Positions 35,091-43,528 of a stretch of 64,000 nt of DNA are shown one piece after another; within the stretch, counting starts at the first letter, position 1; each line of letters opens with the position of its first letter. The DNA comes from an uncultured Candidatus Peribacteria bacterium. GTDB taxonomy: Bacteria; Patescibacteriota; Gracilibacteria; Peribacterales; Peribacteraceae. The notes beneath the pieces are model-generated. The model worked only from the letters and a program-made list of their open reading frames with translations. It was not told the DNA's origin and ran no database searches. Location: contig CAZHON010000001.1 in NCBI GenBank assembly GCA_964534565.1, positions 390,532 through 454,531 of the forward strand, given 5' to 3'. Both the position numbers and the translations under genes were made by a program.

Positions 35091-37700
35091 GTGGTCTTCT
35101 TCCTCCGCTTCCTCTTCTGGCCGATTATAGGTGCTCTCACCTTCCTCGTTGGGGCTATTTTCCATTCCAACGTGTGGTCCATTCTGTGGACGTGGTGGTA
35201 TGCCGATCCTTGGAACGGCACACTGACCATTCTCGGAATCTATTTGGGTGCACGTCTTGCGCTCTCGTTGATGCGTGAGGCTTATGAACTTTCTCAGTCG
35301 AGCAAACTCGTCTGCATGAAGGTGTTGCTTCCACGCAGTGATTCCAAGTTGGATCAAGAGAAGCGCACGGAGAAAGATTTCAAAGAGAAGATTGCGATTA
35401 TGGAACAGTTGTATCGCGGTTTGTGGGAAGTGCGAAACCTGACCTTCTGGCAGTTCCTCCATTTCTGGATTTTCCGTTACATGACGATCAGTTTCGAAAT
35501 GATCGCCGAGAAAAACGAATTCATGTTCTACGTGGTGACGGATCCAAAATACGTTTCCATCATTGAGAAGCAGATCACGTCGTACTACTCCGATGCCGAA
35601 GTGACGATTCAGAAGAAACCTGAAATTTGGGATCCGGGTCAAAAGCTTGTTGCCTACGCAATGACGCTCAAGAAGAAATACTTCTTCCCCATCCGCTACT
35701 ACGAGCAGATGCAGGATGATCCTCTCAATGAACTGAGCAACGTGCTCAGCAAATTGGACGAAGGGGAGAAGGCAGCGATTCAGCTTGTGATCAAGCCGTC
35801 GTTCTCCAACAAGTGGGGACCACGTGCAAAGGACTATGCATCGTCCAAATTTAAGGGAAAGAAAGAAGGATGGTTCGCGCACATTCCCGTACTCTCGACG
35901 ATCGTGACTATTTTCAACGGAGTCGCAAGCGGCGGAAAGACGCTCGCTCCGGGTGCCTCCAGCGGCGACAGTTTCGTCCGTATGATTCAGCCGGAGGAAG
36001 AACTCTACAAGCGCATGGGAGAGAAGGCCGGCGGAAGCTGGTTCCACTGTTCGATTCGTGTGATGGGTTCTGCAAAGACCTGGAATCGCGCACTGGATAT
36101 TACGAACAACATGCAGATCGCGTTCAACACATTCCGCGATACGTACGGCAACTCCTTCGTGAACCGCCGCATGTTCGTCGACTTCTTCCCGCTCGCATGG
36201 AACGCACCGCTCATGCACTTCCTTTGGAAGCACCGCATGAACGGAACAGGCCACAAGGATTGTTTGCTCGTCGAAAAGGAATTGGCCGGTCTGTACCACT
36301 TCCCGGACAGCCGCTACAACAAAATTCCGCTCATCCAGTGGATTGCGTACCGTGTGCTTCCTCCTCCACCAGATATTCCAAAGGAGGGAATTGTTCTCGG
36401 TATCAACCATTACCGCGCCGTGGATACGGAGATTCGTTTCCTCGAGAAAGATCGTTCACGTCACCAGTATCTGATTGGAAAATCCGGTTGCGGAAAATCC
36501 TCTCTCCTCTCGTGGCAAATCCGTCAGGATATCGCGAATGGAAAGGGACTCTGCGTGGTGGATCCTCACGGTGACCTCATCGAAGATGCGCTTGCACACG
36601 TTCCAAAGGAGCGTGCGAAGGACATCATCGTCTTTGACCCTGCCGATACGGAACGCCCGATGGGTATGAACATGCTGGAAGCGAAGACATCTGAAGAGAA
36701 GGATCGCGCCTCTCTCGATGCGATGGAAATCTTCATCAAGATGTACGGAAACGAAATCTTCGGACCGCGCATTCAGCACTACTTCCGCAACGGTTGTCTC
36801 ACGCTCATGGATGACGAAGAGGAAGGAGCAACATTGATCGATGTGCCACGTCTGTTCGTCGATGACGAGTTCCAGCGCTACAAGGTCAGCAAGTGCAAGA
36901 ACGTCGTCGTGCGCAGCTTCTGGGAAAATGAAATTGCGAAGACGGGTGCACGCGAGAAGGAAGAAATGATCCCGTACTTCTCCGCAAAATTCGGACCGTT
37001 CATCACGAACACCACCATCCGCAATATCATCGGTCAGCCGAAGAGCGCCTTCAATATCCGCGAAGTGATGGATGAAGGAAAGGTTCTGCTCGTGAACCTC
37101 AGCAAGGGAAAGATCGGAGACATTAACGCGCAGCTGCTCGGTCTCATCTTCGTGAACAAGATCAACATGGCCGCCATGGCTCGCGCAGATGTTCCACAGG
37201 AACAGCGCCGCCGTTTCTACCTGTACGTCGATGAGTTCCAGAACTTCATTACGGACGCATTCGCGTCAATTCTCTCCGAAGCACGTAAGTATGAACTTGG
37301 TCTCATCATGGCTCACCAGTACATCTCGCAGCTCACGGCAAAGTCCGGGGAGGGTGGAGGCCAGGACAACAAAGTCCGCGATGCCGTGTTCGGTAACGTT
37401 GGAACCATCCTCAGCTTCAAGATCGGTGCGGAAGACGCTGAATATATGGCAAAGGAATTCGCGCCAACGCTCAGTGAACAGGATGTGATCGGAATCCCGA
37501 ACTTCAACTGTTACTGCAAGCTGAACATCAACAACACAAGCTCACGTCCGTTCTCCATGGGAACGATCTACGATGAGTCCAAGCGTAACGAGAAGCTCTC
37601 CGGCCTCATTAAGGAATACAGCCGTATGAAGTATGGTCGTAAGAAGGTCTTCGTCGACCAGGAAATCGAGGATCGCATTGGAATTAACCGTCCGCAGTAA
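35091..37700 (+). CDS. TraD/VirD4-family (T4SS coupling-protein-like) membrane P-loop ATPase, paralogue 2
   Basis: 869 aa. N-terminal TMs; Walker A 'LIGKSGCGKSS'; 'VDPHGDLIEDA'; Walker B 'FYLYVDEFQNF'; 'LIMAHQYISQL'. Long blocks shared with ORF 1905-4406 ('EIFGPRIQ.YFRNGCLTLM', 'VRSFWEN..AKTG.REK.EMIPYF'). Confidence 0.75.
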   Translation: MVFFLRFLFWPIIGALTFLVGAIFHSNVWSILWTWWYADPWNGTLTILGIYLGARLALSLMREAYELSQSSKLVCMKVLLPRSDSKLDQEKRTEKDFKEKIAIMEQLYRGLWEVRNLTFWQFLHFWIFRYMTISFEMIAEKNEFMFYVVTDPKYVSIIEKQITSYYSDAEVTIQKKPEIWDPGQKLVAYAMTLKKKYFFPIRYYEQMQDDPLNELSNVLSKLDEGEKAAIQLVIKPSFSNKWGPRAKDYASSKFKGKKEGWFAHIPVLSTIVTIFNGVASGGKTLAPGASSGDSFVRMIQPEEELYKRMGEKAGGSWFHCSIRVMGSAKTWNRALDITNNMQIAFNTFRDTYGNSFVNRRMFVDFFPLAWNAPLMHFLWKHRMNGTGHKDCLLVEKELAGLYHFPDSRYNKIPLIQWIAYRVLPPPPDIPKEGIVLGINHYRAVDTEIRFLEKDRSRHQYLIGKSGCGKSSLLSWQIRQDIANGKGLCVVDPHGDLIEDALAHVPKERAKDIIVFDPADTERPMGMNMLEAKTSEEKDRASLDAMEIFIKMYGNEIFGPRIQHYFRNGCLTLMDDEEEGATLIDVPRLFVDDEFQRYKVSKCKNVVVRSFWENEIAKTGAREKEEMIPYFSAKFGPFITNTTIRNIIGQPKSAFNIREVMDEGKVLLVNLSKGKIGDINAQLLGLIFVNKINMAAMARADVPQEQRRRFYLYVDEFQNFITDAFASILSEARKYELGLIMAHQYISQLTAKSGEGGGQDNKVRDAVFGNVGTILSFKIGAEDAEYMAKEFAPTLSEQDVIGIPNFNCYCKLNINNTSSRPFSMGTIYDESKRNEKLSGLIKEYSRMKYGRKKVFVDQEIEDRIGINRPQ

Positions 37701-37745
37701 CAAACGGGCGGTGACTTTTGTTCCGGCGGCTTTCTGGTACCCTGT

Positions 37746-38045
37746 TTGCCTATGCCATCATTCTCTCAAATGCGAGACATGTACCGGCTCCAGCGTGATG
37801 CAAAGCGCATTAAGAAGGAGTTGAAACTGATTCATGTCGAAGCCGAAGCACAGGGTGTTCTTGTGGTTGTGAGCGCTGAGCAGGAAATTGTCAGCATCAC
37901 GATCGCTCCCGAAGTTCCTCGCGAAAAAATTCCGGCTCTTGTTCAAGATGCAATCAACCGTGCAATGAAGAAGGCGCAGGTTATTGCTGCAGAGAAAATG
38001 CAGAGCGTCATGGGTCAGATGGGTCTTTCTGCACCGACCGAATAA
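37746..38045 (+). CDS. ybaB: YbaB/EbfC-family nucleoid-associated DNA-binding protein
   Basis: 99 aa. 'MRDMYRLQRDAKRIKKELKLIHVEAEAQGVLVVVSAEQEIVSITIAPEV...LVQDAINRAMKKAQ'. Confidence 0.8.
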   Translation: MPMPSFSQMRDMYRLQRDAKRIKKELKLIHVEAEAQGVLVVVSAEQEIVSITIAPEVPREKIPALVQDAINRAMKKAQVIAAEKMQSVMGQMGLSAPTE

Positions 38046-39094
38046 TGCGACGAACGCGCTTCGATCAAACTGCATCTAGAAAACGCCATCCTGTCGCATT
38101 CCTTCTTCTTGCGGCACTTGGAGTGCTTCTTTTGATGTGGTTGTGGTATGGCCATGCACTCAAGCCCATGTCATCCGACACTGTGACTGCGATTTCCATA
38201 ACGGTGAATCAAGGGATGTCCGCGTCCCAAGTGGCCAGTGAACTCAAAGAGAAGGATCTCATTCGTTCCACGACAGCATTTTCATTCTTTGCGAAGCGAC
38301 ATGGCTATGCCACACGCCTCAAGGCCGGTGCCTACGTGTTACACCCTTCACAGAGCGTTGAAGAGATGTTGGAGGTGTTAGTCGGAGGAAGCCAAAGCCA
38401 AATCGTTGTCACGATTCCCGAGGGGTACACCGTCGAAGATATCGACGCGTTGCTGGTGAAGAAGGGGCTGATCAAACCGGGAGAATTGCAGGAATGTGCC
38501 CGAACATGTTCGTTCGATGCATTCAATTTCCTTCCTCCCGCTGCGGGTTTGGCCAAGCGCGGAGGTCGAGTGGAAGGGTATCTGTTTGCGGATACCTACT
38601 TCGTCGATCCTTCTTCCTTCAAGGTTCAAACGTTCTTGGAACGTTTGCTGAAAACATTCCAGGAACGTGTGATCGACAAATACACGTCCGAGCAATTGCG
38701 TTCGAAGAAGTCATGGAATCAAATCATCACGATGGCGTCTATCATTGAAGAAGAGACACGCACAGGCGTAGAGCGACCGATCGTCTCTGGAATCCTCTGG
38801 AAGCGATTTGAAGAGAATATGGGCCTCGCTGTCGATGCCTCCGTTCGCTACATCATCGATAAACCTGCCGATGCTCTGACGAAAAAGGATCTGGAAATCG
38901 ATTCCCCGTACAACACGCGAAAATATCGCGGCCTCCCCCCCGGCCCCATCGCAAATCCAAGCCTCAGCAGCATCGAAGCTGCGCTCAACCCTCAATCCTC
39001 ACCGTACTATTACTATTTGCATGGCAATGACGGACAAATTCACTATGCGACGACGAACGACGAGCACAACGTCAATCGTGCGAAGTTTCTGTAG
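38045..39094 (+). CDS. mltG: Endolytic murein transglycosylase MltG (YceG-like)
   Basis: TAATG overlap with ybaB. N-terminal TM; 'ITMASIIEEETRTGVERPIVSGILWKRF', 'SPYNTRKYRGLPPGPIANPS', 'YYYYLHGNDGQIHY'. Confidence 0.9.
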   Translation: MRRTRFDQTASRKRHPVAFLLLAALGVLLLMWLWYGHALKPMSSDTVTAISITVNQGMSASQVASELKEKDLIRSTTAFSFFAKRHGYATRLKAGAYVLHPSQSVEEMLEVLVGGSQSQIVVTIPEGYTVEDIDALLVKKGLIKPGELQECARTCSFDAFNFLPPAAGLAKRGGRVEGYLFADTYFVDPSSFKVQTFLERLLKTFQERVIDKYTSEQLRSKKSWNQIITMASIIEEETRTGVERPIVSGILWKRFEENMGLAVDASVRYIIDKPADALTKKDLEIDSPYNTRKYRGLPPGPIANPSLSSIEAALNPQSSPYYYYLHGNDGQIHYATTNDEHNVNRAKFL

Positions 39095-39406
39095 TCGCAC
39101 AAACTCGTAAGCAATCCTCAATCAGATTTCGTATTTTTTGAATAAATGGTGCATGCATTGGTGAGCAGCCATTCGTAACATGTTCATTTAAGAATGTGTG
39201 CATTTTTTGAGCAATTTCACCGTGTACTTTTCGCAGCTGTCTTGCACCGAAATACAGACTCTGAATACTGCCGACAATATTTTTTTGACCCCACAGCTTT
39301 ACCGATGCTTCAAAGTGCGGTTCCGGTTCGCCGAGTGATGGTGAGGAATTGCCCATGGATGCGTTTCAAGCGAAGTATAGAGGACATGGCAAGAATGAGC
39401 TCTTTC

Positions 39407-39415
39407 TGCTATAAT
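39407..39415 (+). promoter_or_regulatory. Extended -10 promoter element
   Basis: TGCTATAAT, 17 nt before the ATG at 39433. Confidence 0.45.
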
Positions 39416-39432
39416 AAAGAAGAAACACACCT

Positions 39433-40068
39433 ATGAGTACTTCCGCTCCAGAAACAGCAAAAAGCCACTTTCACCGCTTGAAAATCGGGGTGATGGGTTC
39501 GGCGAGCGGTCCGCAGACCGAAGACCCTGTTGCACGAGAAAAGTGCCGTCAGGTCGGTTTTGAAATCGGCAAGCGCGGGTACATCTTCATCAATGGTGCC
39601 TGTCCGGGACTTCCTCACGATGCACTCTTGGGTGCGAAGGAAGCCGGTGGTTTTACACTCGGCGTCTCTCCTGCATTCTCGGAGTACGAACACATTCACG
39701 AATACCTCTCTCCACACGATCACGACATGCTCCTCTACACGGGCATGGGATTCATGGAACGCGATATCATCAACATCCGCAGCTCGGATGGAATCATCAT
39801 CGTCGGGGGAGGAATCGGAACGCTCAACGAACTCACGATCGCCTACGACGAAGGTCGCCCGATCGGCATTCTCACAAACAGTGGAGGAATCAGTAACTCG
39901 ATTCCCTACGTCATTCAAGAGCTCTGCAAGCGCGAGATCCCACCGAATATGGTGTTCGATGACGATCCAGCAAAATTGCTGAGCAAATTGGAAATCGTCA
40001 TTCAGGCATTCCCACTTCCTGTGCGTGAGGATTCCCGCGTGAAAGACTCTCGCAAGGGACGAGGATAA
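39433..40068 (+). CDS. LOG/TIGR00725-type Rossmann-fold (SLOG superfamily) protein
   Basis: 'KIGVMGSASGP', 'INGACPGLPHDALLGAKEAGGFTLGVSP', 'IIIVGGGIGTLNELTIAY'. Confidence 0.7.
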   Translation: MSTSAPETAKSHFHRLKIGVMGSASGPQTEDPVAREKCRQVGFEIGKRGYIFINGACPGLPHDALLGAKEAGGFTLGVSPAFSEYEHIHEYLSPHDHDMLLYTGMGFMERDIINIRSSDGIIIVGGGIGTLNELTIAYDEGRPIGILTNSGGISNSIPYVIQELCKREIPPNMVFDDDPAKLLSKLEIVIQAFPLPVREDSRVKDSRKGRG

Positions 40069-42036
40069 TTAGGTACTCTTCACAAGACCTCGTCGCAGAA
40101 GATCTTCGAGAAGCGCACGCGTCTCTTTCTGCTGCGGGTTCTTCTGCAAAATGGTACGTACTCCCGTCAGCACTTCCTGCAAAAACTCCGCATTTCCTGC
40201 ATCGCGATCGATTCCTTGTTGAAAGATCTTCACTGCTTTCGTCGGTTGATCGAGCGAGACATAGAGAGGTCCCATGTGACTGAGGAGATTCATGCTGGGA
40301 GTCTGCAGAGCGTATGCATGCTCAAAAGCATCCAGTGCTTCGGCGTTCTTCGCTTGTTTCTCCAACGCCAATCCGAGGTTGTAGTACGCCACGTAGAAAT
40401 CCGAATCATACGCGATGATCGCTTTGTATTGTTCGATGGCTTCATCTGTTCTTCCCTGGTCCAAATAGGAGGAGGCCAAGTTATTGCGTGCAGGAGTGTG
40501 ACGAGGAACGAGGAAAATCGTTTGGCGATAGTACGGTTCGGCTTCCGCTGTGCGCCCCGCCTTTGCGAGCATCACCGCGGTTCCGAATGATGCATCGGCT
40601 TCGCGCGGGTCCATACGGAAGGCATCTTTCATCGACGCAATGGCCTCGTCGGTTCGACCCTGGGACGAGGCAAGTGCTCCCAGTGCGATGTGGATGATCG
40701 GGTGATCTTTGATCAGCAGTGCCCGCTGCAGTTCTTGTTGAGACTTGTCGTAGCGTCCCAACTCGCGGTACGACACCGCTGCATTGATGTGTGCCGCTAG
40801 TGCGTTCGGATAAAACTTCATGGTTTGTGTGAAGAGAGTTTCCGTACTCTTCCATGTTGCTGCTTGTACAGCTGCCTTTCCTGCGAGAAATACAAGGAGG
40901 ATTGCTGTGATGCTCACAAGTAAATAGTGACGCTGCTCAGACAATCGTTGCCATAACATTTCCCACAAAACAGCGATGAGTAGAATGATGCCAATGCCAG
41001 CGATGTACGCGTATCGATCAGATGCAAAATACAGAACACCACCCTTCATCACGTTTGAAAAACTGGGCAGAAGCAAAAGAAAAGAGAAAGCGAACGCGAC
41101 AAAAAGAACGCGGGTCCAGCGCAAACTCACAAGCGCAAGCAGAGAAAGGACGCTCAGCACCCCCCATGAGAGGAGAATATCCGGATGTGTCAGGCTCACC
41201 GTTCCTGCAAAGGGGTAGAGCACCGAGAGCCCCGTCGGCCAGAAGAATTTTTGTAGATAGAATGCCGTACTTTTTGCCGACAGGAGGATCAGGCTCGTAG
41301 TATCGATGAGCCCTGTCGCTTCCTGTTTTCCAACAAGTGCAATCAGTCCAAAAATACCCGATAGCAAGAAGAAAGGAATTTTTTCAAGGATCACCTGACG
41401 ATCGAACCGTCGATGTTCCAAGAAATCGAAGAGAAAAAGCACCAGCGGAAGCAGCACGACAGATACTTTCGAAAGTAACGCACACGCAAAGGCACCCACG
41501 GCAACGTAGTACAATCGTGTGTTCTGTTCTTCTTTGTATCGCAGGTAACTGATCATCGACAGAAGAACGAAGAATCCCGACAGCAAATCTTTTCGTGCAC
41601 TCGCCCACGCAACCGTTTCGACATTGAGAGGATGAACGGCGAAGAGTAGTCCGCCCACAATTGCAGCCGACCGCTTTCCTGTAAGCAGGAAGAGAAGCCA
41701 AATCACCAACAGGGCATTCGCGCTGTGCAGCACGATGTTCGTGGCATGGAACATGCCCGATGCCAATCCGGCGATGCTGTAATCAAGTTGGTACGAAAGG
41801 AAGGTGAGAGGGGTGTAGAGTTCGGGGTCGAATGTTCGAAATGCCGTGAGAATATTATGAGGCGTCAGTCCCTGAATGGTCGGGTTTCCGGTAATGAGAA
41901 TATTGTCATCGAACAGAACGAACTGACTGAACAACGTGACGCCGAACACCGCACATACCACACCAATAACGCACAGCACCGTCCACAGAAGGTCTGTGTC
42001 CGAGAATTGATCGGTATCGGAAAAAAGGCGACGCAT
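40069..42036 (-). CDS. TMTC-like polytopic glycosyltransferase (PMT_2/DUF1736-like) with C-terminal TPR repeats
   Basis: 'DDNILITGNPTIQGL', 'FDPELYTPLTFLSYQLDY', 'FHATNIVLHSANALLVIWL'; about 10 TM helices; about 7 TPR units in the C-terminal 250 aa. Confidence 0.75.
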   Translation of the reverse strand: MRRLFSDTDQFSDTDLLWTVLCVIGVVCAVFGVTLFSQFVLFDDNILITGNPTIQGLTPHNILTAFRTFDPELYTPLTFLSYQLDYSIAGLASGMFHATNIVLHSANALLVIWLLFLLTGKRSAAIVGGLLFAVHPLNVETVAWASARKDLLSGFFVLLSMISYLRYKEEQNTRLYYVAVGAFACALLSKVSVVLLPLVLFLFDFLEHRRFDRQVILEKIPFFLLSGIFGLIALVGKQEATGLIDTTSLILLSAKSTAFYLQKFFWPTGLSVLYPFAGTVSLTHPDILLSWGVLSVLSLLALVSLRWTRVLFVAFAFSFLLLLPSFSNVMKGGVLYFASDRYAYIAGIGIILLIAVLWEMLWQRLSEQRHYLLVSITAILLVFLAGKAAVQAATWKSTETLFTQTMKFYPNALAAHINAAVSYRELGRYDKSQQELQRALLIKDHPIIHIALGALASSQGRTDEAIASMKDAFRMDPREADASFGTAVMLAKAGRTAEAEPYYRQTIFLVPRHTPARNNLASSYLDQGRTDEAIEQYKAIIAYDSDFYVAYYNLGLALEKQAKNAEALDAFEHAYALQTPSMNLLSHMGPLYVSLDQPTKAVKIFQQGIDRDAGNAEFLQEVLTGVRTILQKNPQQKETRALLEDLLRRGLVKST

Positions 42037-42076
42037 GGGTCTATCCTAGCCCTTCCTTTCCTTCAGGAGGAGGGGA

Positions 42077-43411
42077 TTACTTGGTAATCCAGCGAACGGG
42101 AGCGCCCTCGAATGCGAAGGTTTCACGCAACGTACGTTCCAAATAACGGAGCTGGTTTTTCTGAATGAGGCGTGGATTTTTCACGAAGACCACAAAGGTC
42201 GGTGGAATATCCTTCGCCTGCATGACGTGTTTCCCTTGGGACAGTGCGCGTGCCGGGAGGCGCTGTACGCAACCGCTGTACCAACGGCGCAGGTCCCCGG
42301 TGCTGATACGACGATGGAGATTTCGATGCACGCTTTCAATCAGCGGGAATAATTTCAGCAGTCCGTCGCGAGTCTCTGCAGAGCAGCACAGCACGGGTGC
42401 GAAGCTGCAGAATGCAAGTTGGGTCGACAGTTCCTTCATGCGTTCTGCCTTCTTCTCTGTCGTGAGCAAATCGATTTTGTTGAGAATGATGATCATTCCT
42501 TTTCCTTCTTCCATCGTTGTTGCTGCAATGCGCTTCTCCTGTTGGCTGGTCGGTTGCGTTGCGTCGAGCACCAAGACGACGATGTCGCTCGAAGCGATCG
42601 ATTGCATGGTTTTCAGGTGAGCGATGCTCTCAATATCCTCTTCCACACGCGCTTTACGGCGCAATCCTGCCGTGTCGACGAAGATGTAATCAATCCCGTC
42701 AAAGCGGACCGTGGTATCGGACGGGTCGCGTGTCGTTCCTGCAATGTCCGAGACGAGACGTGGAGTTTCCGCGCGCTGCGGATCGCTCATGAGCGCGTTG
42801 ATGAGCGAGCTCTTTCCCACGTTCGGTTTGCCCACAATCGCAATGCGAGGAGCATCGCGTTCCGTTCGTTCGGGTTGCTTCATGAAGTGCATCTCCAAAA
42901 GAATTTCTACAATTTTGTCCTGCAATGCCTGAATCCCCGCACGATGCACCGCACTCACCATCATCAAGTTTTCACTGATTCCCAGTTCATAGAACTGTGG
43001 CATGCGCATCTCGGTGTCTTCGGGGTTATCGCACTTCGTAAGAGCAAGAATGATCGGCACGTGCTTGCGTTTCTTCTTTCGCAAAATTTCCACGACTGCA
43101 AAGTCTGCACTCGTGAGTTCCTCGCGACTGTTCACGGTAAAGACGATGAGATCGGCGTGCTCCACGGCGATGACGGACTGTGTCGAGACGTCTTCTTCCA
43201 AGTCATGATCCTCGGAACCGCCTCCAATTCCTCCCGTATCGACCAATAAGTAGTCCATTTTCTCCTCGTGCACCTCGCTCACTACGTGGTCGCGCGTCGT
43301 TCCTGCGATGTCATTCACAATCGCACGGCGTGTGCCGCTGAGTGCGTTAAACAGCGTAGATTTGCCTGCATTGGGCTTCCCGATAATGGCTACAGTAGGC
43401 AATTTGGACAT
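42077..43411 (-). CDS. der: Ribosome-biogenesis GTPase Der (EngA), tandem GTPase domains
   Basis: ATG at 43411 ('MSKLPTVAIIGKPNAGKSTLFN'); second G-domain 'IAIVGKPNVGKSSLIN'; 'DTGGI', 'DTAGLR'; KH-like C-terminus. Confidence 0.93.
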   Translation of the reverse strand: MSKLPTVAIIGKPNAGKSTLFNALSGTRRAIVNDIAGTTRDHVVSEVHEEKMDYLLVDTGGIGGGSEDHDLEEDVSTQSVIAVEHADLIVFTVNSREELTSADFAVVEILRKKKRKHVPIILALTKCDNPEDTEMRMPQFYELGISENLMMVSAVHRAGIQALQDKIVEILLEMHFMKQPERTERDAPRIAIVGKPNVGKSSLINALMSDPQRAETPRLVSDIAGTTRDPSDTTVRFDGIDYIFVDTAGLRRKARVEEDIESIAHLKTMQSIASSDIVVLVLDATQPTSQQEKRIAATTMEEGKGMIIILNKIDLLTTEKKAERMKELSTQLAFCSFAPVLCCSAETRDGLLKLFPLIESVHRNLHRRISTGDLRRWYSGCVQRLPARALSQGKHVMQAKDIPPTFVVFVKNPRLIQKNQLRYLERTLRETFAFEGAPVRWITK

Positions 43412-43528
43412 AAATACGGGCACCTGCCCGGCGTAGCTCGAATGAGCGAAGACGGGTTGAGCGCGCAGTGTAGCACAGAAAACCCGTCTTTGTGTGTGAA
43501 AATGGCTTTCGTCCGCTATCATGTCGAC

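Noticed and set aside
35085-36410. 441-aa minus-strand ORF opposite ATPase paralogue 2
   Set aside because: It is antisense to a well-supported conserved CDS, has no motifs, and would leave no room for the paralogous N-terminal domain that aligns with ORF 1905-4406.
39072-39356. 94-aa minus-strand ORF after mltG as a confident CDS
   Set aside because: It has no family, overlaps the mltG 3' end and has no promoter or coupling signal. It is kept only as a question in the findings.
43268-43528. Upstream extensions of leuS (43268) and of der (to 43522), which overlap each other
   Set aside because: The extensions are mutually overlapping divergent frames. The conserved N-termini begin at 43529 ('MARSYDPSQVEAKWQ') and 43411 ('MSKLPTVAIIGKPNAGKS').
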